Source: Myxococcota bacterium (GTDB lineage Bacteria; Myxococcota_A; UBA9160; UBA4427). Taken from it: a DNA stretch of 64,000 bases. Location of the stretch: the NCBI GenBank assembly GCA_036336835.1, contig JAYZFK010000088.1, positions 1 to 64,000 on the forward strand. The letters run 5' to 3'. The notes beneath the pieces were generated by a model. The model did no database searches, was not told the origin of the DNA, and saw nothing but the letters and a program-made list of their open reading frames with translations. A program made the translations under genes and the position numbers. Shown here one piece after another: positions 49,409 to 59,623 of this stretch. Position 1 is the stretch's first letter. The number at the start of each line of letters is the position of its first letter.

Positions 49409-50107
49409 TCAGGGGCCCGTGGACTCGCCTTCGTCGCGCTGGCGACAGGCTTCGAGCAGCAGGTCGGTGACGCTCGCGCGGATCGTCACCTCGCCGTCGT
49501 GGGGCTGTGGGTCGAAGCGGAACTCGCCCTGGGTCATGTTCACCAGCGTGACCGCGGCCTCGAAGCCCGCGAGCTTCTCGGTCTCGGCGTGCACGGGCTG
49601 GCCGGCGACGAACCACACTCGCGCGGTTCCCGAGGTTCCGCGGATCTCGAGCAGCCCGGTGTTGGCGCCGAGCTCGAGCATCTGGAGCACCGCGAACGGG
49701 GGGATCTCGGCCAGGTCGCCCTGAAAGGCCTCGCGCGTCTCGACGCGCTCGGCCACGATCGTCCGTTCCTCGCCGACCGTCGCGCGCGCATCTCCCTGCA
49801 CGGCGTCGATCTGACAGAAGGTGATCGTGCTGGAGCCGATCTCGATCCGATCGCCGGGACTCAGTGCCCGCTCGCTCTCGATGAGCTCGCCGTTCACGAA
49901 GGTACCGTTGGTGCTGCCGAGGTCGCGCACCCATTGACGGCCGTCGCGGAAGTGCACCTCGGCGTGGCGCCGCGAGATGTCGCTCCTCGGGACCGCGAGC
50001 TCGCAGCTCGGGTGCCGGCCAATCGCCACCGGGGAATCGGGATCGACGCGCAGCGGCGGCAGCGGCGGACAGAACAGCATCGCGGTGCGGGCTTCTTCCA
50101 CGCTCAC
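49409..50107 (-). CDS. FHA domain + DUF4388 (PATAN-like) protein
   Basis: IGRH..C, ISRRHA, DLGSTNGTFVNG (FHA); FQGDLAEI…VLQML…TG.L…G.F.F…LLLEA (DUF4388). Confidence 0.88.
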   Translation of the reverse strand: MSVEEARTAMLFCPPLPPLRVDPDSPVAIGRHPSCELAVPRSDISRRHAEVHFRDGRQWVRDLGSTNGTFVNGELIESERALSPGDRIEIGSSTITFCQIDAVQGDARATVGEERTIVAERVETREAFQGDLAEIPPFAVLQMLELGANTGLLEIRGTSGTARVWFVAGQPVHAETEKLAGFEAAVTLVNMTQGEFRFDPQPHDGEVTIRASVTDLLLEACRQRDEGESTGP

Positions 50108-50181
50108 GAGGACTAGAGCGGCAGTTGGGTCGTCCAGCTTGAATCACGGGTTCCGCTGGGAGCGGAATCCGGCTGGCTCGT

Positions 50182-50652
50182 TCAGCGCTGCGTGGCTGGC
50201 GAGAGCTCGACGCGGTCGCCGCGGCGCCAGCCGTGGGCCTGGGCGAAGCCGGCCGGGACCTCGAGCACGCTGTCGATCAGCTCGCGCGCTCCGTAGGTCG
50301 GCAGCCGGGAATCTGGGGTGCCGGGCGCGGGCAGAGGGACACGGTGCGAGATCTCGACCAGCTGCCCGTCTCGGATCCAGACCATGTCGATCGCGAAATG
50401 CATCCGCTTCATCCAGAAGCGCTGGAAGCTCGCCCTCGGGTACTGGAACAGCATGCCCTGGCCCCAGGCCAGCTCCCGGCGATCTGACAGCCCCTGGACC
50501 TGCTCGGCGGGCGTACGCGCCAGCTCGACCGAGACCTGCGTACCGCGGATCGAGACCCACGGCCGATCGCCATCGCCGCCGGCGAGACCGCCGCTGCCGC
50601 AGGCGAGCAGCGCGCTCGCGAGCAGTGCCGGGGCACGGCCTGCGCGGTTCAT
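50182..50652 (-). CDS. DUF192 family lipoprotein
   Basis: LLAC lipobox; VELARTP…GLS.R, GMLF, FWMK.M.F.ID, VLEVPAG. Confidence 0.88.
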   Translation of the reverse strand: MNRAGRAPALLASALLACGSGGLAGGDGDRPWVSIRGTQVSVELARTPAEQVQGLSDRRELAWGQGMLFQYPRASFQRFWMKRMHFAIDMVWIRDGQLVEISHRVPLPAPGTPDSRLPTYGARELIDSVLEVPAGFAQAHGWRRGDRVELSPATQR

Positions 50653-51665
50653 GTGTTGCGGTCGGGTGCGTAGTACTCGAAATCGACCAGCTTCGATTTC
50701 ATGTGCTCTCGGAGTCGGCTGATCAGCCGGACCTCGAGCTGGCGGACGCGCTCGCGCGTGATGCCGAACTCCTCGCCCATGTTGGCCAGGGTGCGCGGCT
50801 CCTCCGCCAGCACGCGCTCTTCGAGGATTTGCAGGTCGCGCGGCTCGAGCTGCCGCTTGAAGGCCTTGATCTGCTCCAGGAAGACGCTGCGCAGCTCGCT
50901 GTCGCCGATCTGCTCCTCCGCGCCGGCCTCGCCGCCGCTCATGAAGTCGCCGTAAGTGGCACTGCCGCCCTCGTCGCGTACCGGAGCGTCCATCGAGAGG
51001 TCCGGCCGCGACAGGCGCTGCTCCATGTCGACGACGTCCTGCTCGGTCACGTCGAGGCGCTCGGCAATCAGCTTTGGCGTGACCTCGTAGCCCTGTCGTT
51101 CGAGCTCACTCCGCTCCTTGTTCAGGCGGTAGAACAGCTTGCGCTGTGCGCGAGTCGTGCCGAGCCGCACGCTGCGGAGGTTGTCGAGGATGTACTTGAG
51201 GATGTACGCCCGGATCCAGTAGACGGCATAGGTCGAGAGCTTGACGCCCTTGTAGGGATCGAAGCGCTGGACGGCCTCCATCAGTCCGACGTTGCCCTCC
51301 TGGATCAGGTCGAGCGTGTTGGTCCAGGCGCGTCGGTACTCCATCGCGATCTTGACGACCAGCCGCAGGTTGGAGACGACCAGCTGACGCGCCGCATCCA
51401 CGTCGCCGTGCTCGACCCAGCGGCGCGCGAGCGTCTGCTCTTCTTCACGCGAGATCGGCGGATAGCCGCGCAGCTGGGCCATGTAGCGAGTGAGTGTGTC
51501 TCCCGACTCGAGCTGGCCCGGCTCGCCGCCGAGTGGCGTCGGGACGAGCGCGCTCTCGGGGTCCACCACGACGGGCAGGTTCGGTTCGACATCGTCTGTG
51601 CCGCGCGCGACGTCTTCGGCGTCGTCGTCCGTGTCGTCGTGGATATCGTCGGGTTCGCGGCTCAC
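50649..51665 (-). CDS. rpoH: RNA polymerase sigma-32 family factor
   Basis: NLRLVVKIA.EY, DLIQEGNVGLM.AV..FDP, YAVYWIRAYI, RpoH-box-like GTTRAQRKLFYRL, ITRERVRQLE. Confidence 0.88.
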   Translation of the reverse strand: MSREPDDIHDDTDDDAEDVARGTDDVEPNLPVVVDPESALVPTPLGGEPGQLESGDTLTRYMAQLRGYPPISREEEQTLARRWVEHGDVDAARQLVVSNLRLVVKIAMEYRRAWTNTLDLIQEGNVGLMEAVQRFDPYKGVKLSTYAVYWIRAYILKYILDNLRSVRLGTTRAQRKLFYRLNKERSELERQGYEVTPKLIAERLDVTEQDVVDMEQRLSRPDLSMDAPVRDEGGSATYGDFMSGGEAGAEEQIGDSELRSVFLEQIKAFKRQLEPRDLQILEERVLAEEPRTLANMGEEFGITRERVRQLEVRLISRLREHMKSKLVDFEYYAPDRNT

Positions 51666-51824
51666 GCGCGATCCTCTCGCTTGGCGCGATAGAGCGCAGG
51701 GCGCTGGTGTCACCGTAGCGCAGGGCAGCCCGCCGGAATCGGCCACGCCGATCCCGCTCGGCTGTCTGGGCAGAGCGCGTCCAGGGGCCTGCGAGGCCGG
51801 GGGTGCGGCCCGGGTGGCGAGCGG

Positions 51825-52193
51825 CTACTGCTTGAGCGTGCGGACGAACGCGATGATGTTCGCGACCTCTTCGTCCGACAGGTGCGGCAGCGGCGCCATC
51901 ATCGCGTTGCCACCGAACACTGCCGCACCCTGCGTGATGATGTCGCTGAGATCCGCGTCTGTGCCGCTGGTGCCGTCGCCGTCGGTGTCGTACTGGAAGT
52001 CCCCTTCCGCGAAGTTGCGCGGCTTGGGGTCGAGTGCGACTGCAACGGGGCCATCGCCCGCGCCCTCGGGACCGTGGCAGGAGGCGCAGTTCGCCTGGAA
52101 GGAGACCTTGCCCGCCTCGGCATCGGCTGCCTCGGCGGCGGTAGGCAGAGTGATGGCCAGCACGGCCACGGCAGCGAGCAGTGTGCGAAGCAT
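51825..52193 (-). CDS. Monoheme class I cytochrome c
   Basis: Signal peptide, CASCHG heme motif, PKPRNF, MMAP axial Met, AGGAG RBS. Confidence 0.92.
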   Translation of the reverse strand: MLRTLLAAVAVLAITLPTAAEAADAEAGKVSFQANCASCHGPEGAGDGPVAVALDPKPRNFAEGDFQYDTDGDGTSGTDADLSDIITQGAAVFGGNAMMAPLPHLSDEEVANIIAFVRTLKQ

Positions 52194-52375
52194 CGTCTTG
52201 GTCTCCTAGGCTTGGGCTGCGCTTGCGGCGGAGCCTGCATCGTTGGCGGGGATATCGCATGTCCCCGAGTCGGGGGCGGGCGTCGGTCGGGTTGGCACGA
52301 AAGTCCGGTTCGGCCGGGCTGCGATCGCGCGCCGGCGCAGGGTACGGGGTGGCTCGAGACGCTTCAACCCCGGTG

Positions 52376-53902
52376 TCAGGACCGGGTGCGGAGCCACTCG
52401 AGCAACATGCGCACGCCCACACCGGTGGCCCCCGCGACGTTGCACCCGTCGGCCTTGGACCCCCAGGCCGTGCCTGCGATGTCGAGGTGCGCCCACGGGC
52501 CGTCGCCCGCGAACGCGGCGAGGAAGCCGGCCGCCGTCGAGGCCCCCGCATCGCGTGCGCCGGCGTTCTTCAGGTCGCCCACGGTGCTCTTCATCGCGCG
52601 TTCGTGCTCGTCGAACAGCGGCATGCGCCACGTCGTCTCTCCCGTCGTCTGGCCCGCTTGCACGAGCGCGGCCGCCAGTCCGTCATCGCGACTGAAGACC
52701 CCCGTTGCCCAGCGCCCGAGTGCGACGACGCACGCTCCGGTCAGCGTCGCGAGATCGACCATGGCATCGGGCCGGAACTCGCTTCGCGCGTAGTGGAGCG
52801 CGTCGGCCAGTACGACGCGGCCTTCGGCGTCGGTATTCAGGATTTCGATCGTTTTCCCCGACATCGAGCGCACGACGTCCCCTGGGCGGTAGGCGCGCCC
52901 CCCGGGCATGTTCTCGGCCGCCGCGATGACGCCGACCACGTGGATCGGCAGGGCGAGCTTGCCGACCGCCTGCATCGCCCCCACGACGGCGGCCGCACCC
53001 GACATGTCGTGCTTCATCTCGTGCATGTTGCCCGACGGCTTGATCGAGATGCCGCCGGTGTCGAAGGTGATCCCCTTGCCGACCAGGCAGACGGTCGGCG
53101 TCTTGCGGGTCTTCCGCTTCGGAACGTGCTCCATCACGATCATGCGCGGCGGGTTGGCGCTGCCCTGGCCAACGGCCAGAATGGCTCCCATTTCGAGCTT
53201 TTCCATCTGCTTCACATCGAGGACTCGGCAGCGCAGTCCGGTCCTGCGCGCTACCGCGCGAGCCGCGCTCGCGAGCTTGACGGGCGGCAGCTCGTTGGCC
53301 GGCTCGTTGGACAGATCGCGCGCCAGGTTCTGCGCGTCGGCGAGGATCTGCCCGTCGTGCACCGCCTGGCGCACGGCGCGCAGCTCGCCGCCTTCGAACA
53401 GCAGCGTGACCGAGCGCGGGCCGCTCGGTGAGTCGGGTTTCTGCTGTTTGTACCGGTCGAAGCGGTAGGCCCCGAGTACGGCGCCCTCGCAGAGCGCCTG
53501 CGCCACGGCCGCCGGCGTGATCCGGCGAACTTTCGGCATGGCGAGGGCCACCGTGGTGGCCCGCTTCCCGCGGACCCGCTTGACGGCGCTGCCGGCGGCC
53601 ATGCGCCGGCGCTGGCCCTCGAGGTCCTTCTCCTCACCCAGCCCGCGCAGCAGCAGGCGTGCCGGAGTCGCCTTGCCTGTCGGATAGAGCACGGCGGTCT
53701 CGCCGCGCTTGCCCGCGAAGTCTCCGCGGGCAACCAGCGCTGCGATCGGTCCCCCACAAGCGCGGTCGAGCGCCGCGACGGCCGGGGGCAGGCGCTGCGG
53801 TTTTTTCGACCCCCCGGGCGCCGCTGTGAGCTGCGCCACGGGAATCACGAGCCAGTCGGCTCTGGCCTTGCTCAGCGCCTGGGCGCGCACCGAAACCTGC
53901 AT
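52376..53902 (-). CDS. pepA: Leucyl aminopeptidase (M17)
   Basis: VGKGITFDTGGISIKP, MKHDMSGAA, NTDAEGR, DLATLTGA, WAHLDIAGT; AGGAGG RBS before ATG 53902. Confidence 0.96.
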   Translation of the reverse strand: MQVSVRAQALSKARADWLVIPVAQLTAAPGGSKKPQRLPPAVAALDRACGGPIAALVARGDFAGKRGETAVLYPTGKATPARLLLRGLGEEKDLEGQRRRMAAGSAVKRVRGKRATTVALAMPKVRRITPAAVAQALCEGAVLGAYRFDRYKQQKPDSPSGPRSVTLLFEGGELRAVRQAVHDGQILADAQNLARDLSNEPANELPPVKLASAARAVARRTGLRCRVLDVKQMEKLEMGAILAVGQGSANPPRMIVMEHVPKRKTRKTPTVCLVGKGITFDTGGISIKPSGNMHEMKHDMSGAAAVVGAMQAVGKLALPIHVVGVIAAAENMPGGRAYRPGDVVRSMSGKTIEILNTDAEGRVVLADALHYARSEFRPDAMVDLATLTGACVVALGRWATGVFSRDDGLAAALVQAGQTTGETTWRMPLFDEHERAMKSTVGDLKNAGARDAGASTAAGFLAAFAGDGPWAHLDIAGTAWGSKADGCNVAGATGVGVRMLLEWLRTRS

Positions 53903-54035
53903 GCCGGGTCCTCCTATTCGCTGCATCGAGCGGGCGGGACGCTCGCTTGATGCTCAGTGGGGCCTTACTTAGACTCGTGGCGCGGCCCCCGTTGGCCGAT
54001 ATCAAGCTTCGAGGCTGTCTGGGGGGGCTCGTCTC

Positions 54036-54731
54036 GTGGATCTCGATGTTATCGGACTGATTCTGCAGGCCAGCCTGCTCGTCAAGCTGGTCCTCATCAT
54101 GCTCGGCGTGATGTCCGTCGCGTCGTGGGGGATCATCGCGCACAAGTACCGCGAACTGCGGCGCGCGGAGCAGGATAGCGAGGCCTTCATCGAGGTCTAT
54201 CGCGATGAGCCGTTCGCCCACGCCTTCGAGGCCGCGCGCGAGCTCGACCGCAGCCCGCTGGCCACCGTCTTCCTGGCGGGCTGCGCGGAGCTGCAGGCGC
54301 TCGGCAAGCGCGAGGGCGACGGTCCGGTCCAGCGGCTCGAGGTCGAGCAGGTGCGCCGGGTGCGCAAGGTGCTTAGCTGGGTCGCCGCCCGCGAGGCGCG
54401 CCGCTTCGAGCGCGGGCTGCCGTTCCTGGCCACGACCGGGAGCTCGGCCCCGTTCATCGGGCTGTTCGGCACGGTGATCGGCATCCTCGGCTCCTTCCAG
54501 GGCATCGGCCGCACCGGCAGCGCAAGTCTCGCCGTGGTCGCGCCCGGCATCGCCGAGGCGTTGATCGCCACCGCGGTCGGTCTGTTCGCTGCGATTCCGG
54601 CCACGGTCTTCTACAACAACTTCGTCGCCCGTCTCGACGCGATCGCGGAATCGATCGACCTGTTCCGAAGCGAGTTCGAGGGCGACCTCGACGTGCTCGC
54701 CGAGCAGGCGACCGAGGCGGGCAGGCGCTAG
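54036..54731 (+). CDS. tolQ: Tol-Pal system protein TolQ
   Basis: FLATTGSSAPFIGLFGTV.GI, SLAVVAPGIAEALIATAVGLFAAIPA. Confidence 0.93.
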   Translation: MDLDVIGLILQASLLVKLVLIMLGVMSVASWGIIAHKYRELRRAEQDSEAFIEVYRDEPFAHAFEAARELDRSPLATVFLAGCAELQALGKREGDGPVQRLEVEQVRRVRKVLSWVAAREARRFERGLPFLATTGSSAPFIGLFGTVIGILGSFQGIGRTGSASLAVVAPGIAEALIATAVGLFAAIPATVFYNNFVARLDAIAESIDLFRSEFEGDLDVLAEQATEAGRR

Positions 54732-54734
54732 GCC

Positions 54735-55145
54735 GTGGCTGCGTCGGTCGGACCGCGCGGTGGTCGCCGCGCCATGAGCGAGATCAACGTGACACCGCTG
54801 GTCGACGTGATGCTCGTCCTGCTGGTGATCTTCATGGTGACCGCTCCAATGATGCAGCAGGGCATCGACGTCGATCTGCCCCAGACGACGACCCAGCCGC
54901 TGCGGGTCAAGGACGATCCGTTGATCCTGACGGTGAAGCAGGACGGCACCTACCTGCTGGGAAGTAATGAGGTCGCGCTCGAGGAGCTCCAGACGAAGCT
55001 CGAGGCGTTGTTCGACGCGCGCGGCAACAAGGATCTCTATCTGCGTGCCGATCGCGACGCCCCCTACGGGATAGTGGTGAAGGGGATGGCCGCTGCCCGG
55101 GAGGCGGGGACGCAACAGCTCGGCGTCGTGACCGAGCCAGAGTGA
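54735..55145 (+). CDS. tolR: Tol-Pal system protein TolR
   Basis: MSEINVTPLVDVMLVLLVIFMVTAPM, LRADRDAPYG. Confidence 0.93.
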   Translation: MAASVGPRGGRRAMSEINVTPLVDVMLVLLVIFMVTAPMMQQGIDVDLPQTTTQPLRVKDDPLILTVKQDGTYLLGSNEVALEELQTKLEALFDARGNKDLYLRADRDAPYGIVVKGMAAAREAGTQQLGVVTEPE

Positions 55146-55161
55146 GCGGGGCGGCGCGACG

Positions 55162-55914
55162 GTGAGTACGGCGAGCCTCCGGATCGACGAATGGGTCGAG
55201 GAGCGGAGCGAGCGCGAGCGGCGCGACATCCGTCGTCGCCTGATCGCCTCCGCGATCGGGCACGCACTGTTCGTGCTGCTGCTGTTCGGGCTTCCGTCGC
55301 CGTCGCCGTTACCGCTGCCGGCCGTGGTTTCGGTCGACCTGTTGGCCGGCCTGCCACAGCCCGCGCGAGCCCCGGCGCCGACCGCCAGGCCCGCCGCACG
55401 GCCGCCGGCTCCCAAGCCGCCACCCCGGCCGGCGGTGGTGCCACCGCCTCGCCAGAAGACGAAGGTGCTGCCGCGCGAGGCCCCCACGGCGCGAGCCAGG
55501 CCCGCGCCAAAGCCGCCGCCGCTCGACTACGACGACGCGCTGTCGTCGCTGCGCGACGAGCTCGGCGAGGCCGAGCCGGTCGCCGAACAGGTGCTCGACG
55601 CTGAGCCGACCGCGGCCCGTACGAGCGGCAGCGGCCGCGTGGATCCGGAGCTCGTGGCCTGGCAGGTCGCAGTGAACCGGGCGCTGGCGCGCAGCTGGGT
55701 GACGCCGACCGAGTACCGCGACTCGGAGCTGCGTACACTGTTGCTGGTGACGGTCATGAGCAACGGCAGCGTGCTCGGCGAGCCTCGCGTCGAACGCTCG
55801 TCCGGTGACCTGCACTTTGACGACAACGCGGTGCGCGCCGTGCTGCAGGCGAGTCCGCTGCCGCCTCCGCCCTCATCCGGCGACTGGCCATTCCTGTTCA
55901 ATCCGACCGACTAG
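55162..55914 (+). CDS. tolA: TolA/TonB-like energy transducer
   Basis: TM with S..GH motif, Pro-rich linker, TonB_C-like SSGD..FD..AVRAV..ASPLP. Confidence 0.8.
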   Translation: MSTASLRIDEWVEERSERERRDIRRRLIASAIGHALFVLLLFGLPSPSPLPLPAVVSVDLLAGLPQPARAPAPTARPAARPPAPKPPPRPAVVPPPRQKTKVLPREAPTARARPAPKPPPLDYDDALSSLRDELGEAEPVAEQVLDAEPTAARTSGSGRVDPELVAWQVAVNRALARSWVTPTEYRDSELRTLLLVTVMSNGSVLGEPRVERSSGDLHFDDNAVRAVLQASPLPPPPSSGDWPFLFNPTD

Positions 55915-55945
55915 CTCGGGATCCACCCGTCGAGGAGCTCCGACC

Positions 55946-57289
55946 TTGAACTCGCTCGATCGCCACAAGCGGTGGGCACTCGTCGTGACGATTGCGCTGC
56001 TGCTGGCGGGCCCGGCCGCTGCACAGACGCCCAACCCAATGATCGAGGTGAGACCCGGCGGTCTCACCGCGTACCGGGTTGCTCTGCAGCGCTTCGGCGA
56101 TGAGGGCCCCGGCGCGGCATCGCTCGCGCCCGAGAGACTGCGCGAGGCGCTGCGCGCCGGGCTCGAGTTCACCCCGTCGATCGTCACGCTGCCCGACGCC
56201 GCCTTCCTCGGTCCGGTGGAGACCGCCAGGCTGCACGGCGCCCGCCGAACCGACTGTGCAGACTGGCGAGCGGGCGGGGCGGACATCCTGGTCGAAGGCG
56301 TGCTCGAGGAGCGCGATGGCCGGGTGCGGGTTCGGATCGGGGTCTGGGACGTGGCGCGCTGCGTGCGCCTGTTGAGCGAGCGGTACCTCCGACCGGCGGC
56401 CACGATGCCCCGCTACGCGCGACGCATTGCAGACGACATCGTGGGTGCGATCACGGGTACGCGCGGCGCCTCGGCAACCGAAATCGCCTTCATCTCGACG
56501 CGCACCGGCGGTCGCCAGGTGGCGCTGATGGACGCCGACGGCAGCAACCTGCGTCTGGCGACCCGCGGCCGGTCGATCAAGGCGTTCCCGGCCTGGCTGC
56601 CGGGCGGCACCGGGCTTCTCTATACGGCCTACGTGACCGGCCAGCAGCCGGGGCTGTACGTCGCCGCGCGCTCGCGCGCGGTGCGCGCGGGGGCCCTGTT
56701 GCCGGATGTGCTCGCCGGCCAGCCGAGGTACCGCGGGGCCTTCGATCCCCAGGGAGGCAGCCTCGCGATCGTCTCGAGCATCGGCGGCGCCGCCGAGCTG
56801 TTTCGGGTGTCGCGCGATGGCCGCAAGGTCAAACGTCTCACCTTCAGCCCGTCGATCGAGGTGTCTCCCAGCTGGTCGCCCGACGGCGAGCAGATCGCGT
56901 TCGTCTCCGACCGCTCGGGCTCGCCCCAGATCTTCGTGATGAATGCCGACGGGACCAACAAGCGCCGGCTCACCTTCCAGGGCGGCTACAACTCGAACCC
57001 CGCCTGGTCGCCCGACGGGGGCTGGATCGCCTACCAGACCCGGATCGGCGCGCAGTTCGATATCTGGCTGATCGATCCCACTGGCGAGGTGAGCTTTCCG
57101 ATCGTCGAGCACCCTCGCAGCGACGAGTCGCCGAGCTGGTCGCCCGATGGCCGCCGCCTGATCTTCAGCTCCACGCGCCGCGGCCGGGCGGACCTGTACC
57201 GGGTGGATCGCAGCGGTGAGAACCTGACGCGGCTCACCCGCGATGGGGGCGAGAACACCTACCCGGCCTGGGGACCCTACCCCGAATAG
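55946..57289 (+). CDS. tolB: Tol-Pal beta-propeller protein TolB
   Basis: Signal peptide, N-domain, repeated PD40 SPSWSPDG..IAF.S.R.G motifs. Confidence 0.92.
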   Translation: MNSLDRHKRWALVVTIALLLAGPAAAQTPNPMIEVRPGGLTAYRVALQRFGDEGPGAASLAPERLREALRAGLEFTPSIVTLPDAAFLGPVETARLHGARRTDCADWRAGGADILVEGVLEERDGRVRVRIGVWDVARCVRLLSERYLRPAATMPRYARRIADDIVGAITGTRGASATEIAFISTRTGGRQVALMDADGSNLRLATRGRSIKAFPAWLPGGTGLLYTAYVTGQQPGLYVAARSRAVRAGALLPDVLAGQPRYRGAFDPQGGSLAIVSSIGGAAELFRVSRDGRKVKRLTFSPSIEVSPSWSPDGEQIAFVSDRSGSPQIFVMNADGTNKRRLTFQGGYNSNPAWSPDGGWIAYQTRIGAQFDIWLIDPTGEVSFPIVEHPRSDESPSWSPDGRRLIFSSTRRGRADLYRVDRSGENLTRLTRDGGENTYPAWGPYPE

Positions 57290-57416
57290 GGGCTCCGCGA
57301 AGGAACGGGACGCCGTTTCAGGGGGGCTGCGGGTCGCGCTCGAGTGGGCTGCTAAGGTTCCGGGCCGATCGAGATCAGGTGGGGCCTGCCCCGGACGGGC
57401 GGGAAGGAGAGGAGCC

Positions 57417-58142
57417 ATGCAGCTAGGCGCTCTGAGGACCGCGCAAAGCCTCGTTGCGGTCGGGTTGCTCGCGGTCACCAGCGGCTGTGTGACGGTTGCC
57501 GAGTTCCGCAAGCTCGAGGATCGCGTAATCCGGATCGAGCGAGGCGGATCGGACGAGGGGGCGCGCGAGGCCGTCGCCAACGCAGCGGCCGAGATCGATC
57601 TGCTGCGCCGCGAGATCGGCGAGCTGCGCGGCCGACTCGAGGTCACCGAGAAGCTCGCGACCGACGCGCGGGTGGATGCCCGCAAGGCGCGGCAGAAGCT
57701 GGCCGATCAGAGCGCGGTGGCGTCGCCCGTCACGCCGTCGCAGGAGCCTCTGCTGTCGGAGGAGGTCCGCGCCTACCGGGATGCCTACGCGGTCTGGCGC
57801 AGTGGAGACCACCAGCAATGCGTCGACAAATTCGGAAGCTTTCTCCAGTCCTATCCGGAATCGGCCGAAGCAGATGACGCGATGTTCTGGATGGCGGACT
57901 GTCTGTTCAAGAGTGGCGATTTCAAGTATGCGGTGCTGCGCTTCGACGATGTCGTCAACAAGTACCCGGACGGAGACAAGGCGCCGGATGCGCTGTTCCG
58001 TCAGGGGGAGGCGCTGCTCGAGCTCGGGCCTTCGTTCCAGCCCGCTGCCATCAAGGCCTTCGAGCGGCTTCTCTCCGAGTACCCGAATTCTGCACTGGTG
58101 GATCAGGCACGTCGCCGCCTGCAGGTCGCCCGAGCGGGCTGA
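57417..58142 (+). CDS. cpoB: CpoB/YbgF TPR protein (lipoprotein)
   Basis: TSGC lipobox, coiled coil, F…YP.S..ADDA.FW, KYPDGDKAPDAL, EYPNS. Confidence 0.85.
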   Translation: MQLGALRTAQSLVAVGLLAVTSGCVTVAEFRKLEDRVIRIERGGSDEGAREAVANAAAEIDLLRREIGELRGRLEVTEKLATDARVDARKARQKLADQSAVASPVTPSQEPLLSEEVRAYRDAYAVWRSGDHQQCVDKFGSFLQSYPESAEADDAMFWMADCLFKSGDFKYAVLRFDDVVNKYPDGDKAPDALFRQGEALLELGPSFQPAAIKAFERLLSEYPNSALVDQARRRLQVARAG

Positions 58143-58199
58143 GCGATAGATTGGTGCGGAGGGCGCTCGGGCCCACCGCATGGCGAAAGGGGTGAGCCG

Positions 58200-58562
58200 T
58201 TGAAGAAGCGCGATCTCGAGAAATTCACGAAGATTCTCAGCCAGCAGCGCGAGGAGCTGCTCGGCAACGCCAAGAAGGCGCTGTCCGGGGATATCCATCT
58301 GGACCCCGATGACTTCCCCGACGAGATCGATACCGCGTCATCCGAGATCAACCTCGCGTTTACCGGGCGCGTGCGCGAGCGCGAGCGCGGTCTGCTGAAG
58401 AAGATCAACGAGGCGCTCGATCGCATCGCGCTCGGCCAGTACGGCGAGTGCGAGAGCTGCGGCGAGGCGATTGGCGTCAAGCGTTTGGTGGCGCGGCCAG
58501 TGGCCGAGCTGTGCATCGACTGCAAGTCCGAGCAGGAGAAGCTCGAGCGCCGCAACGGCTGA
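58200..58562 (+). CDS. dksA: RNA polymerase-binding factor DksA
   Basis: DEIDTA (DxxDxA), RER.LLKKI..AL.RI..G.YG.CESC…RL.ARP….CIDCK. Confidence 0.92.
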   Translation: MKKRDLEKFTKILSQQREELLGNAKKALSGDIHLDPDDFPDEIDTASSEINLAFTGRVRERERGLLKKINEALDRIALGQYGECESCGEAIGVKRLVARPVAELCIDCKSEQEKLERRNG

Positions 58563-58582
58563 CCGCGTCGCGCCCGACTGTC

Positions 58583-59623
58583 ATGCGCCGCATCCTGGGC
58601 ATCGAGAGTTCGTGTGACGAAATGGCCGCGGCCATCGTCCTGGTAGATGGCGACGTGCGCGAGCTGGTCGCGAGCGTCGTGCACGGTCAGGACTCGGTGC
58701 ACGCGCCCTACGGCGGAGTCGTGCCCGAGCTCGCGTCGCGCGACCACGTGCGCGCGGTCTCGGGCGTCGTCGAGCGAGTCCTGTCTGAGGCCGGACTCGA
58801 GGGGTCTCAGGTCGACGGTGTGGCGGTTACCGCAGGCCCCGGCCTGGTCGGATCGCTGCTCGTCGGTCTCTCCTTCGGCAAGGCGCTCGCCTATCGCCTG
58901 GGCGTGCCGGTCGTCGGCGTCCACCACCTGATCGGGCATCTGATGTCCGCGGAGCTCGCAGAGCCGACGCTACGGCCGCCTTACCTGGGACTCGTGGTGT
59001 CGGGTGGGCACACGGCGCTGTATCGCGTCGAAGAGTCGGCCGAGCCGGTGCTGCTCGGTCAGACGCGCGATGACGCAGCCGGCGAGGCGTTCGACAAGGT
59101 CGCCAAGCTGCTGGGCTTGACCTATCCCGGGGGTCCCGCCGTTTCGGCCGCCGCGCGCGAGGGCGACCCGGCGGCGGTTGCCTTCCCGCGTGCCATGCGG
59201 GGCGTGCCCGGTTACGACTTCAGCTACAGCGGGCTCAAGACGGCAGTGGCGCTCGAGGTCGAGCGCCGCGGAGACCTGGCTCGGCGCGACGTCGCCGATC
59301 TCGCGGCCTCGTTCGAGGCTGCCGCGATCGAGCCGCTAGTACGCCACACACGTCGCGCGCTGGCCGACGAGGGGATCGGCGCGGTCGCCGTGGTGGGTGG
59401 GGTCGCCGCCAATGGGCATCTGCGCGACGAGATGCGGCGGGCCGGCGAGCGCGACGGCTTTCGGGTGGTGTTTCCGCCGATCGATCTGTGCACGGACAAC
59501 GCGGCGATGATCGCGGCGGCCGGTGGGCGCCTGCTCGAGCTCGGCGTGCGCGACGCGCTGGATCTGAACGCGTTCTCGCGGGTGTCGGTGGGCAAGGCAC
59601 CCTGGCGCTCGGCGCCGGCGTGA
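58583..59623 (+). CDS. tsaD: tRNA N6-threonylcarbamoyltransferase TsaD
   Basis: LGIESSCDE, YGGVVPELASRDH, VHHLIGH, VSGGHT, DDAAGEAFDK, FSYSGLKT, CTDNAAMI. Confidence 0.96.
   Translation: MRRILGIESSCDEMAAAIVLVDGDVRELVASVVHGQDSVHAPYGGVVPELASRDHVRAVSGVVERVLSEAGLEGSQVDGVAVTAGPGLVGSLLVGLSFGKALAYRLGVPVVGVHHLIGHLMSAELAEPTLRPPYLGLVVSGGHTALYRVEESAEPVLLGQTRDDAAGEAFDKVAKLLGLTYPGGPAVSAAAREGDPAAVAFPRAMRGVPGYDFSYSGLKTAVALEVERRGDLARRDVADLAASFEAAAIEPLVRHTRRALADEGIGAVAVVGGVAANGHLRDEMRRAGERDGFRVVFPPIDLCTDNAAMIAAAGGRLLELGVRDALDLNAFSRVSVGKAPWRSAPA

Noticed and set aside
52293..52310. TGGCAC resembling a sigma54 -24 box
   Set aside because: No TTGC -12 element, and it is on the wrong strand for the cytochrome c gene.
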